From NCBI GenBank assembly GCA_016748015.1, contig JAAOMT010000512.1, forward strand, positions 1,088,719-1,152,718: 64,000 nt of DNA, read 5' to 3'. Under the pieces are notes generated by a model. That model saw nothing but the letters and a program-made list of their open reading frames with translations, had not been told where the DNA came from and did not search any database. The position numbers were made by a program, and so were the translations under genes. Shown piece by piece: positions 13,559 through 26,901 of this stretch; positions within the stretch are counted from its first letter, which is position 1, and each line of letters opens with the position of its first letter. Source of the DNA: Geosiphon pyriformis uo1. Taxonomy: Eukaryota; Fungi; Glomeromycota.

Positions 13559-15939
13559 TATAATATTAAAAAATGGGAAAACAAAACATTCTCATTAAAT
13601 AATTTTGTTAACAGTTTCAAGTTTTTTATCAAAATAAAATCTAAAGCAGTCTTTTATTAAAAGTTAGAACTTTTTAAACCTTTTTCAAGATATTTTATTG
13701 CTCGTACAAAAAATTCCAAAAAACAAAGTTGCAGTTTTTTTATGTTGCAATGCTATAAAAAAAAATTATTTTTATTTACGAATATAAAAATACAAGTTAT
13801 ATAAAATTATAAATCAATTACTTTTATTGGAATTTTATCAAGTTTACTTTAATCTGTATAGCTTAAACAAATACAATTTTTTTGGTATTGGTTAAAATGT
13901 GATTATTTGATAATATTATTATTTTGTAATTGTTTTAATTGTTTTATTTTTACATAAGTTTTGTTTCAAATAAGAATTAAGATAAAAAAATTTTATTATG
14001 ATTATATTTAACAACAATAATAATAACAAACAATATTAGCAATAATAAATAATATAATAATAATACTTAAAATTAATTTAAAATTTATTTATTTAATTAT
14101 TATAATAATTATTATGTTTTTTAAAACACCATAATCCAAAAAAAATTGTGATATATTGAATATAAAAACAAAATTATAATTAGTTATAATCACTTTTTTA
14201 TTAAAAATTATAATTAATTCAAAATTTTTAAATAATAAAAATAACATATTAAATTATTTATTTAGCATATTATATATTAATTTTTAATAAATATGTTAAA
14301 CCAATTTTTTAATTACTTAAATTTAATTATTGTCAAATATATTATTGTTATTTTTGAATTCTAAAAAGCTGGTAATGCTGCTTTTAGCAAAATTGGTGTT
14401 TTAAAAAAGAGTTGTATTTAATAAAAAACTCTGGATGTTAATATTACTATAAAAGTTAAAGTTTAAATTATTGGGTTTTTTCTTTAAAGCTGCTTTTTTT
14501 AATTTAATTAAAATATTTTGAAGTCTTTTATTGTGTTCAAAAGAGTATTTAATAAAATTAATTTTTTGAAATCTAATATAAAAACTTTAGTTTGTTTAAA
14601 ATTAATAATAGAATTTATTAATGTTTTAATAATTTAAGTTTTTTTAATAACTAATAAAAACAAATTTAACACAATATTATTAATTAAAAAAAATATATAT
14701 TTTTATTTTTTATTATTAAATTTCAAATTTAGATAAATTTTAAACCACAAAATTAATAAACAATTAAAATTAATCTTTAAAAGATTTATATTTAGTAAAA
14801 TTAGAATTTTAAATATTCAAATCAAATTTTAAACTTTTAATTAAACTGAAATTTTAATAATTCAAAAATAATAACTTATAAAACTAGTGTAAAATTAGAA
14901 AGATTAAAAATATTAATTAAATTAAATTATAAAAAAGTAATTTGAATTGGTTGTAGCTTTGAACAAGATAGTTTTAATACAAAAGTCAAAAACATATTTC
15001 TTTAATATATAAAAAATATGGTTAATACATATACATAATATACACAATAATAAATATATTACAAATAGAAAATTTTTGTAGAAAAGTTTAATTTGCACAT
15101 AATTAATATTATAAAATTTTAAAACAACAATTAAAAAAAAATTCTACATTTTTTTACAAAACGGAAATTATATTTTATAATACAAATATTTATTTTGTAT
15201 TCAGTAAGCAAACAGAAAATATCTAAAAAAAATAGAAAGCTAGTTTTTTTTGAAAACTCAAATCAAGGTTTTGGCAAATTAATGTTTGTATGTTTAAAAA
15301 TATTCTGCATTTAAAAAAAGTATGGTAAGCTTCTTTTAAATAATAATAAAATAAACAATAAAATTATAATAATTCTATAAAATTTAATAATAAAAGAACT
15401 TTATTTAAATAAAGCAATAAAATAAAAAATAAAAGTTTTATTTAATTATCAAAAACTAATTTATAATATTTATATTTTTTATATTAAAGCTTATTATATA
15501 AATACTAAAGTTAATATAAATAATTAATATTTATTTTATTAATATTACGGCTGTTTATAAATGTATATACACAAAGATTTGAAATATAAAACATTTGATT
15601 TTTTACTCTCAGTTTTATTTTTGAGAATTTGTCATTTTTATAATATTGAATCAAAACAAAAATTTGCATTATGTTTTTTTGATTGTTTTAATCGTTTTTG
15701 AAAAGTAATTTATTTTTGTAATTGTCAGCCGAACATAAACAACCTTATTCTTTTGCATAAATTGCTGTGACTACTTTTTGTTTCCATATCTGTAAAAAAA
15801 TAAAGTTGTTTGTAGAAATTTTAATAAAAATCACATGATTTTAAATAACCAATTGTTATAATGTTTTTTTTTAATTATGTACTAATCTGCAGTTTGTTTA
15901 AAAAGCAGGGTTTTTCAGGATTTTTTTGAAAACACTGTA
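13559..15939. mobile_element. Extremely AT-rich, heavily decayed transposon relic (possible Tc1/mariner-type ends)
   Basis: About 2.4 kb with very few C or G and no ORF. The right end aacactgta (15931-15939, reverse complement tacagtgtt) matches the left tataatatt (13559-13567) if C>T and G>A changes are allowed. Boundaries are tentative. Confidence 0.35.
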
Positions 15940-16528
15940 ATGATAAGTCTTGTTTAACTAACAAGCTGAAGCCAATAATTAAACTTGACAGCTAAAAAAT
16001 ATTTTTATTTATGTTCAAATAATGCGGTTCATAAACTAGATTAATGATTCCCAAAATATTCGGCTAATTATAGCTTTAATAAGAAAAAGCATTCAAAGAA
16101 ACCAACGATCTATCTGAAAAGTTTTTCAAGAGTTGTTAATATATGCTTCATTAATTTCTTTTTTCGAGTTTTAAGAGTTCATAATTCATAAAATAGTTGT
16201 TAAGAGCCACATTTCTTAGTATTATGCATGAATTTCGAGTTTTAGATAATGAATGCTAAGGATAAATCTCTCGAAACAATTTCCAGACTTTGAAATATAG
16301 AGATTATTGAAGAGATTTCATATATATCGGGAAACAAAAGCTTTTTTAATAAAATTTATTTTTTTACATTAAACATTACAAAAATTAAAAAGTTATTCTG
16401 TTATACAACAATAAATATATAGGAAATTCTACTGGGTTTAAAAATATGTATTATGATTCCAGTCTATAATTTGAAATCAAATATTTTTTTACACTTAACG
16501 CTAGGAGATTTTATTGATTCTCTTATGA

Positions 16529-18916
16529 CTAAATGCGAACCTTTCGAATTCGAAGTGCTAAGTAAAAGGCGAATCGGTAGAAGATAATCATTGCAATCAA
16601 GACAAGCTACAATGAAAGATTCAAAAGAAAATGATCAGTATTTGTCATTCTGCAATTTAAAATTTATATTTGCAATTTAAGAAAATTTATACTTACTATC
16701 CAAGCCCATTGTTTTGTTTCTGAGTACCCACTTTCATCCAAAACCTGACGGCCAGTAAAAGTTGATGCGAACCCATCCTTGTTTCCATAATTACAACTAT
16801 ATCGATTGTTTCCATAACTCTCTGGCAATTTTTCACAATTAAATGTCAGGTTTGCAATGTCATTTTCAATCATAGCCTCGAACGCGTACTTCTGGTAGCA
16901 AATATAATGTGCCCATTTCCAACCCTGTGGAATGTTATCGGGCTTAACGAGATATCCCGCCATTACCATGAAAAATCCATTCGTAAATGCAGTAATTGCC
17001 AAAGAAGCTACAAAGATCGGAATAATTGCCGCGATAAATACGACCAAAGCTTCGGCAACCAGTAAGCAAAGCCACATGTAGATGGCGTACAATACAGCGT
17101 GTTCGAACCCACTGTGATAACCTACTGTAGGATATACGACGATTGTGTATGCAGTGGCAATAATTAAGAGGAAAGGAATCGAAACCAAGGAATTTGCCAA
17201 GGCGTATGATCCAACAGAATAAAATCCATTAGCTCTTTCTCGTTGAAATACATTTCGTTCTTCCAAGAAACCAGGAACTCCGGCGACACTCATGAAAGAT
17301 AAGAAAGCAATAGAAAAATATTCGGATGTAAGTCTTTCAGTTAGTCGCTCTTGATCGGATCCAATTTTCCACCATGTTGTACCTATCAATAAACCAAGAC
17401 CCACATACATAGCTAATCGAACCCAAAACAGTAAAATGTTTCTTATGGCATTTTTGAAAGAACGCGAAAGAAGGATTCGGGTCTGTTGAAAAAAGTTACG
17501 CGAGTAACGTTTTGTTGTGTCTCCAGAAATTCTACGTGTATCTTCGTCTAATTTATGATATTCAATTAGTTCTTTTATGTTTTCTGTTAACTCCTTGCTG
17601 GCTTCTGATTGCTCAAAAGCGGTTATGAATTTGGTAATATACTCTTGAGCTTCAGCTTTATCGGTCATGAAATCCGAATTGACCAAGGAAATGAAATGAT
17701 CGGCCGGATTGGAATAGGGTGGACATACGTGGCCTAACTTTTCAAAATGTTGGATTGCTCCTTCTCGGGTGCCAGTGTATAAAGTTCGACCCCGGCCAAT
17801 TAAAAATAAACTGTCGAAAAGTGAGTAAGTTTCTGTCGACGGTTGATGGATGCTGGCTATGACTGTCAGCTTATATCTTCTTGCCATACTAACGATGGCT
17901 TTCATAACGTTGTATGACGCGGCTGAATCTAAACCAGTTGTAGGCTCGTCAAGAAAAATGATTTTGGGCAATGTGATTACTTGTGATGCAATTGATGCAC
18001 GACGTTTTTCACCTCCCGAGACACCCCGAACAAACACAGTTCCAATTTTGGAGTCAGCTACTCGATCTAATCCAAACTCTTGAATAATACCCTGGACTCG
18101 TACTCTTCTTTCCTGAGGAGTATATGAACTGGGAAAGCTGGTTTTTGAGAAATAAGTGGTTTAAGGTTAATAAAGATGAATTTCAGGGTTTCAAGCATCT
18201 TATTTGGATTGAGGTAGTAATATTAGAAAGATTCTTACCATAAATCAGCAGCAAATTGAATGTTTTCTCGAACAGTCAGGACTCCCATTAAAGCATCGTC
18301 CTGCATTACATAAGTTGAGACATATTTGACTTCACCGGGTCTTCCGTTTAATAAAATTTGGCCAGAGACAGCTTTCGGATCTTTTCGACCGGCCAGCAAA
18401 TCTAACAATGTTGATTTTCCGGCACCTGAAGGACCCATTACTATAAGATAATTTTTAGAAATTATTAAATTGACGCGTCAAGCTGCCATAATAATCTCAA
18501 TTGTGGTCAAAAAAAGAAATTGATCATAAATTAGGTTCTACTTACTTGCCATCACTTCACCAGGTTTAACTATTCCACTCACACCCTCGATAATATTTTG
18601 CTTTTCTTTTGTCTTTGAGTTTGTAATAGTGTAGGACAAGTTTTGCCAGGTTAAACTGACGCTGTCTAAACTTCCTGACATGCTTGTAACCTCGGAGTTT
18701 AAATCTAAGAAAAAGCAATGGTTGGTTTTACTCAAATATAAGGAATCTTCACAAAAACTAACCCATACCATCTTGAATATTGAGAGAAACTGCTTTTATA
18801 GATTTTTCTTCTCCGTCAATGAAGCTACTATCCAAGGTGGTTGTTGCGCTAACTTCTATTGAAGCTTGGGTTTGATCCTCACGTGGTTTTAAAGTTGATT
18901 GAAATAAATGTTCCAT
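16529..18916 (-). CDS. ABCG half-transporter; 6 exons (paralogue 3)
   Basis: ATG at 18916 (MEHLFQSTLKP...). GPSGAGKST, VSGGEKRR, IIFLDEPTTGLD, SIHQP. Same intron layout as paralogues 1 and 2. Last exon LVLIAMIIFYRFAFYLALRIRKVRI*. Confidence 0.93.
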
Positions 18917-19308
18917 TTTGAAAAATTATAATGCTATCTAAATTTTATATATTAATCAATATTTAAAAGTTAAGGAGCCACCTTTTCGTATCTTTTAAAA
19001 AAAATTTAAGAGATAAAAAACGCGAATAAATGATGTATTTTCAGGTAAATAAAAACATATTGACTTTGTATGATCCTTGTCGTCGAGAAGTGGAGGTTTT
19101 ATAGAAAGAAAAACATAATAAGCTGAAACGCGTGACTAATGATAATTTTTCTTTTTAGCTTTTTGATTAATGACTTCATTTTTAGCACGGCAACCGTGAT
19201 CCAAATTAACCGAATGAAAGTAGAAAATTCGCTTCCAACTTGGCAAATCTACAGGCTGTGAAAGTGATCATTTTACGTATGCACATAGAAACATGGGTTT
19301 AGAGTTTT

Positions 19309-19402
19309 GCCAAAAATATTACCCATTCGAAATTGCCAAAAATATATAATTCATTCAAAATTGTTAAAAATATATCATTCATTCAAAACTGCCAAAAATA
19401 AT
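19309..19402. repeat. Imperfect 26-28 bp tandem repeat (about 3.5 copies) upstream of ABCG paralogue 3
   Basis: gccaaaaatat...cattcgaaatt / gccaaaaatatataattcattcaaaatt / gttaaaaatatatcattcattcaaaact / gccaaaaata. Confidence 0.7.
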
Positions 19403-21944
19403 TCAAATTCTTCGATATACTGGTCATTGCATTTGGATAAATGATTTATCCTTTTTCGAGAAATAAGCCGATTAGTTCTTTTATCTAGTATTGAATTCCA
19501 AATTTGAATCAATTTAAGAAATATCGATTACACAGATTTTTTCATTTTACAGATCCCTCCTTCACAAAAGTACGTGATGGACTGTCCACATTACCCAAAT
19601 TTATTAAATGGGAAACTGCAAATGTAAGTCCCCAAATGATTTAATTCGAGAAGGTTAAGATGAAAATATTTTGAGAAGATGGGTTTGATTACTGAATATG
19701 ATGGAGTCATTCTTTGTAGTCTTTTAAGATCACCGTATTGAGGTTAGGACTCAAAAGTTTAGACATAAAATCATGAGTATCAATAATTAAGCGCAGGAAA
19801 TTATAATAATTCTTGGACAACCGAAATTATTAAGAATATTGATAGAAGCAGTAAGTCGAGAAATTTATTAACTATTCTTGAGTGTAAAGCCCAAGAGAAA
19901 ATATATTGAGTATTTAGGAATTGGAAAACTGTAAATATTTAGTGACTGGAAAATTTTTTCCGTATTATTGGGTCGAAATTGAGCTACATCGATCCCCAAG
20001 ACAGAATTCCTTTGTATTAATTTTCTTTGTAAGGGAAATTATTAGAGTCATCGTTCATCATTTTGTGTCAAGAGTAATGATGACCTGGGAAGTGGAAAAA
20101 ATATCATCCGGGTGTAGATTTTGATTTTGATAATTTTAAAGGAGCAGGAGTTATTAAAAAGATCCATCGCCATTTAATTTTATCCGTTGTAATTAAAAAT
20201 TATGGTTAATCGTTTCTCAATGATACCATTTTGAATAATAGTCGGGGAATTGAAGGTTTAAATTACCTTCCTGAGACATGCAAACATCAAGAACGTTCCA
20301 AAGAAAAAATTTACCCATTCCCGAGATATTTACTTAAAAAAAATTACTTTTAATTAATTGTGCTATTACATTAGTAAATTTTCTTCTCTATTTAATTTGG
20401 GAATGTTTGAAACCTGAGAAATTCTTTACAGTCTTTTGTGTTTTTCCATGTTTAGAATTTTGAAAACGTTTGCCAATTATGGGAGGACAAAAAAATGGCA
20501 CTGAAAGAAAATGGATGTGGTGAACGAGAAAAATCAAATTTTAACTTGTGATTCATTTTTTTTCTAGAGGAAAACTGCAGTTTCAAAGATTCAAAAGTGA
20601 TTGTCATTAATAAAAAGAAATATATATCTTGCGATCAAAAGTATTATATGCAAAGACATTATACGGAAATATAGAAATAAAAATATTCTAATCATTAACC
20701 AAAGTCTGAAGTTCTTGAGTTTAAAATCCCCAAAAAGCGGTGGTCGGATTAATTCTAGCCGTGATCATCAAGAGGTTATCGATTGAAACTTTAATACATT
20801 CTATTTCACGGATACTTTGTGAAGAGTCAATAATTTAAATTTGTTAGTTATATAGAAATGGTTATAAATTAGGATTAAATTGAAGATTTTATAATAATAC
20901 ATTCAAAAAAAGAAGGATTATGTTTTTAAAGAAGTTATATTATTAAGGCTATTCTTTCAATTGATAAAGCATTAAAGGTCTAAACCTGGAACTGAAATAT
21001 CGCTATATTATTTTTTCTAATACATTTATGATCAAATATTTAATTCCAGATAGATATTTGATATCTATTCTCTGATAATATCATCTAATAAACTACAGAA
21101 TAAATCAATTCTTTTATTGATCCCGAAATATAACTTTTGTTAAACTTATCTTAATTAAATGTATGATACAATGCTAATTTAAATATTTCCTCCTTTCCTG
21201 ATATATCATTAAATTGATTCTTTAAAGTTTTTCATTTTTTTATGATTAAGAAGATGATGTAATTGATAATTCAATTGCAAATAACGGACAATGGTCAAAG
21301 ATTCTAATTTTAGTAATGGATCCACGGCTTATTCTAAACCTGAAATATCCAAGTCAATGAATATCTTAAAATAAAATATGAATAACTCTGTAAAAATGAA
21401 AATAATTGAAATTTGTATAGATTTAGCATAGATTTTTCGATTTTAACATCTTTAATAGAAATAACAAGTTTAATTTTAAAATAAATAATTTTTTTATGTT
21501 TATAGAATGAGTTTAATATTTTAATTTAAAATTAAATCTTTTTGAAAACTTTTATAATAGTTTTACTATTTATTTTAATCAAGAATTATTAAACCATAAT
21601 TTCTATTGAACAAATTTAAAAATGATTAACAGTAACAAAAGTAAAAATTTTAAAGCTTTTTAGAGTTTAAAAAGAAAAGGGAAATATGTGTTAACATACG
21701 ATTTAAACAATATAAAAAAATAATTAAATGAACCAGCTTTTAAATTCAAGAGAATTATTTAGTAATGACTTGAATAAGCTTAACTCAATTTATAATGTTT
21801 CTACATTTTTTGATGAAAAAGATCTTTTTGGAATTATTGCAAGTTAGAAAAAAGATTGGTAATATTTATTCTCAATCTTTTTAATTGAGATCACCTTTTT
21901 ACTATTAATTTTCTCGCTTCAAGGTTCATTTATTTAACCGCGAA

Positions 21945-22076
21945 ATAGATTGAATTTAAACAGTTTTACTTTACACTAAAACGATTATGGAGTTTCCCTC
22001 CTTTAGAATGTTAACTTTTATGTGCATCCCAATAAAAAGATCGGAATTTTCGGCAAAACAGGAACAGGTAAACCCA

Positions 22077-22117
<41 letters not shown>

Positions 22118-22640
22118 TATTACTATTATAAAAATCGATCAAATTCACACCCATTTTTAGGCTTGAGGCTGAGCAAATATTGGTTGATGATCAGAATCTG
22201 AACTTCTCTGAAAATCCCATGTCTTTAACGTAAACTTGCATCGGGTGAAATACAGTATACACAAAATCATTAATCTTTGCTAAGAGAATCTCCACTCGTA
22301 CTGACGAACAAATATGGGAAATGTCTGGAAGTGGTACATCTAACTGATAAAGGTCAAATTGATTGAAGAATACTTTAAGAATTATTCTATATTGCTCGTG
22401 TGTTATTGAAACAAACCAAAATTTTGCTTTTGGATAAAGCAACCAGCACCGTTGACTCACAGACTGATAGCCAAATTCACGAAACGGCAAAAAAGAATTT
22501 AGCCCATCAATTTAAATTAATAACTAAACCTAGAATGTGATTATAGAAAAAAAAGGTTAGGCCTTTGAATTTGATATGTCTTTAACATTATATACAAACC
22601 TGACGGATTTTTTTACCAATTAATTTCATGTAGTGACCCT
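21945..22640 (+). pseudogene. ABCC/MRP-type transporter pseudogene (NBD2 remnant)
   Basis: Broken frames read NVNFYVHPNKKIGIFGKTGTGK (Walker A), TDEQIWECLEVVHL, LFYIARVLLKQTKILLLDKATSTVDSQTDSQIHET (Walker B with E>K) and a later EFD motif. Several stops and frameshifts. Fainter TMD1-like remnants may lie near 19.8-19.95 kb. Confidence 0.8.
22077..22129. repeat. (ATT)n microsatellite inside the ABCC pseudogene
   Basis: attattattatt... run with two act interruptions. Confidence 0.9.
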
Positions 22641-25032
22641 GAAACCGCTTTAAAACAAATAACTGGAAACTATAGCTTCGGATATTGTCGATCGTTTCAT
22701 CTGGTGCTGCCACTGGTGACAACTAGTCAATAAACACACCTTTGCCCTCTAGACGTAAGGTTTCCATATAAAACAATCTTAGGTGAAAAGATGTATCATC
22801 AGTATAGGATTACAATCTTTTTTTAAGGATTATTATTTCGAGAAAAATATTGAATTTCCTCAATGAAGAATAAGCGTCTATTGTGTATTTGTAAGAAATT
22901 CTCAACTGCTGAAAATGAAGCGATAACTTGAAGAAATATTCATATACTGGGATTGGGCAATGAATGCACTCTAGAAGACTTTTATTTTTTCAAAATCCAT
23001 ATTTTTTAAAAGTTTAAGATGTGGAGTTTATGAAATCTAGCTTTTGTGAAAGTTAATCAAAAAATTGTGTAAGTCAATTTAGTTTAATTTTTTATTTAAT
23101 CTCAATTATTATTGTTGTTTCTAGCGTATAAAAGAGAAGAATGGTCTGGTGTGCCATCTATTTAATTTTTGGAAAAAAAATTTAGTCATTATTTTTCAAT
23201 TTACGTATTTATGGAAATGTCTAAATTTAATTATTAAGATTTTACATTTTGGAGATCTTTTATATCTCTTATAATCATTATAAACTCAATAATAATTATT
23301 TTTGTTTATATTATTTAAAACTCTATTTGAAAATTATTATATATATTATCTTATAACCAAAATTTTTATTTTAAAGAATATTGTAAAAATTATATGCAAA
23401 TTTAAATGTAATTTGAAATAAGATTTTTAAATAGTATTTTTTTTAAAATACTTAATTACCAAAAATCAAAAATTTTTACACCATAAATTTCTCAAATAAA
23501 AAAATCATAAATTTTTTTTTAAGCTAATAAATTTTTAATTAAAAATGATTAGTAATGAAAAAAAAAACTTATTATTTTATAAATATCTTAAAAATACTCT
23601 TGCCAAATTATTACAGTTTATGTTTACTACTCTTAAAATTTTGATTACCAATCTCATCTATTTACTAATTTTTTTTGCCATTAAAACAAACCAAATATTG
23701 TCATGTTTTTTATTAAAAAAATATTATAAAATCTCATATTACAATCCAAATCCATTTATTTTATTATCAATTTGATTAAAGAATTAATTGATATTTTGCT
23801 TATAAAGACTAGATTTCTAAAAAAAAAATTGTTTTATAAACTAATATTTTATCTTTTTTAAAAAAAAAATTTATGGTTGTTTTTATTTCAATAAAATAAT
23901 ATAAAATTACACATTCTTACACTTGCTATTAAATTTTCCAAAATAATATATTAATAATAATAATAATAAAATATTAAGTTAATTTTAACTGAGATTTAAT
24001 CAAAAACCTTTGGAATAAGATTAAAAAACATCTTTTGTTACAAATTAAAACCAACCAATTTTGTTGATTTTGAAATTAAAATACCTATTATTATTGGCAA
24101 CTTAATACAAATTGTTATTTAACTTTATAAGCGAAACTTTATTTTCTTAATAATAAATTGACAACTTACAAGTAACAGAATCTCATTCACCATTGAAGAA
24201 AGAAAGGGATAATGATTTTCCTAATACATATATTTCAAGAAAGTTCAATTTTACTATGATTAAAATTGACTAAAATTTAATTACTTTTTTTAAAATTTCG
24301 TGAGAAATTTTGAACACTCAAATTATATTCTTTGGTTTAAATTTAATGGTTTTTAATAGTTTATTTACATATTGTTTCAATTAAATTTAAAGAAACAAGT
24401 TATTTAATCGTTTCAATTTTAAAATATTTTAAAATATTTCATTTAATTTCTTAGAAATTCTGTTAAACACCTAGTCTCCAAAATATTTTTTTGAGATATG
24501 ATCTCCTTTACCATATAAAACTAAAAAAAAATTTGAGGTTCTGAGATTTGCCCCTTTTTGATATTTGATGATGAAGAAGAGATATATATCCCACACCAAA
24601 GCTATCTTGAAAAAGTTTGGGATATGGGATGGTAAGCTTTCTGAGATCTTAATCCTCTGCTTTTGAACTACCTGTTTCCCTAATAATAAAATTCTATCTC
24701 AATTTCTTTGAATTTCAAACTTTTCTTTCTCAGCCTAATCTTTTACTATCTTTGGAAATACTTTAGGAACAATTGCAAAAGAATTTATCAATCGAAACTT
24801 GATATTTTATCAAAACCCCTTGTTCAATTCATTATTTTTTTTACAAGTTGAAATGACAAAACCTTTAAAGAGTTAAAACCAATTGAAATTAAATAATATA
24901 ACTCATTTACTTTTCATTACTTGAAACAAAAATACATATACAGCATTCTTTAATATGGTTAACTGTATATAGATGTATTTAAATTTAGAATTATAGATAT
25001 TGACTAATAATTGAATTTATGTATTAAGTTTT

Positions 25033-26463
25033 TCAACATTTGCCAAATTCAACGTTAAAATAGGATCCCTGATTTACTTCTTGAATACTACCATCATCGA
25101 CTGTTCCTAAATTGCATTCCTAAAAAATATTTATCATAAGTAATTATATTTCAATAAAATACAGTATTAATAAACCAATATTTTTTGGAAAAATTACCAA
25201 ATTTTCATCAATCTTTCCTTGAGGGCCTCTTCCAATACATCTATAAAGAATTTTTCTCTTTGGTATTAAGATGCATCCACAATCATCTTTTGCATATTCC
25301 AACCAATACTCTCTTTCATTGTGCAAGAACCAACCCTTTGGCGAGAAATCACGAGAAATCCAATCATTCTGTTGAGTGACCCGGATGACTTTTTGTTTAT
25401 GAAATGATATACTAACTAATCTTACAAAGTCCAAATTTCCGAATCGGGGAGTACCAAATGTGATAACGCCTATAACTATGGATTTAAAGTCACTATATGA
25501 TGCATACTTAAAGTACAATGCAGCTAAAACCGCATATACTTTGAAAAAAAATATTTTCAGTAAAAATAATATAAATATGAATTGAATGATTTAAGACAAA
25601 AAAAAATTACCTCCGCCAATTCCATGTCCAACAAAGTCAATCTGTTCAGGTTGCTCTCTCAAATTTTTTAGCTTTCCAATTAATAAAGGCATCATTAGCT
25701 GGACATGCTCTAACCAGATCGAATCGACCCTACTTTTCAGAGGTAGAGCAGTGGATATATTTGTTGAACTGACATTAAATGGTCTGTTTATCCATTGCTC
25801 TTTACTGAGTTTTGCCCCTCGAAAGTAAATAACTAATTCTTTTTTTTTCACTGATTCTTCACAAATGTCAGCTGTGAAATAAGTTTTAAATAAAAGAGCA
25901 ATAATCTTTACTATAAAACTTGAGTTCATTGTAAGTCAAGAACACAATACTAAGGTTTACCGACGATATCTTGGTCTTTCACAGCTTTTCCAATTTCATT
26001 TTTTTTGTTACAATAACCATAATTTGCAATTTCAGCCCTGCGTCTCAGATAACTTTTAAAGTCTACATTGGCAACCACAGCCTTACGTGGTTTAATTTCA
26101 GGATTAACGCGTTTGACATTATCTGATGTTTCTTTCGACTTTTTATTTTTGTCTTGTTCTGATGTCAATAAATCGATATATTTGATTTGTTCAAGAGTTT
26201 TTATCCTCCAAAACTTTCCTTCAAGACAAAGATTTTATATTTAAAATAACAAATTTGTCCTTAAACATTTAATTTGGTGAATGTTGGAGTAGAAGAATTT
26301 TTGTATCTATAATACCTTGGTTTGAGCTCTTGTTCAATTGTTCATTGAAGTTTGATTGAAACTTCAGCTTATCCGACAAAGATTTGTTGTAAAAATTCAA
26401 CTTGATTTGTACTATTATTAAAACAAAAAAAAAGAAGAAAAAAAAAGATTTTATCCTCGACAT
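25033..26463 (-). CDS. Class-3 lipase-like alpha/beta hydrolase with N-terminal signal/anchor; probably catalytically inactive; about 5 exons
   Basis: Hydrophobic N-terminus MSRIKSFFFFFFFVLIIV. Lipase_3 landmarks ANYGYC, ELVIYFRG, DFVGHGIGG|VYAVLAALY, ITFGTPRFGN, RVTQQNDWI, H.EREYW, and C-terminal EC...GSYFNVEFGKC*. The nucleophile Ser is replaced by Gly. Confidence 0.82.
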
Positions 26464-26820
26464 TTTTATTGACACAAATAAAAGAATTGGTGGTGTTAGA
26501 TACTGTATTTATAGATTGATAGATGGTGTGATATATGTGGTTGATTTTTAGAGTGATCTACAGTTCATTCCATGTTTATAAACGGGGAATATCTTTTTAA
26601 TAAAGCTATTCAAATGACCTAATCCCCAGAAGCCAATGAAAGTTGGTGATTTCCACGAGATTAAACATTGCAATAACACGGAAATCTTGTTTGTCATAAT
26701 ACGTACATGCATAAAGAATAAAAATGGGGTTTTTTATATTTTGAATAATTAATAAAAATATTGAATGAAAACTATTTTTTTTTAAAAAAATAATAAATGA
26801 TTTTCAAGTTCTCATATTTT

Positions 26821-26901
26821 AATAACAATAATAATAATAATAAATAATAATAATAATAATAATAAATAATAATAATAATAATAATAAATAATAATAATAA
26901 T
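26821..26901. repeat. (AAT)n compound microsatellite
   Basis: aataat runs with periodic single-A insertions. Confidence 0.9.

Noticed and set aside
20800-21400. Possible LINE relic (DHCPL-like motif on the minus strand)
   Set aside because: Only one weak motif and no colinear support.
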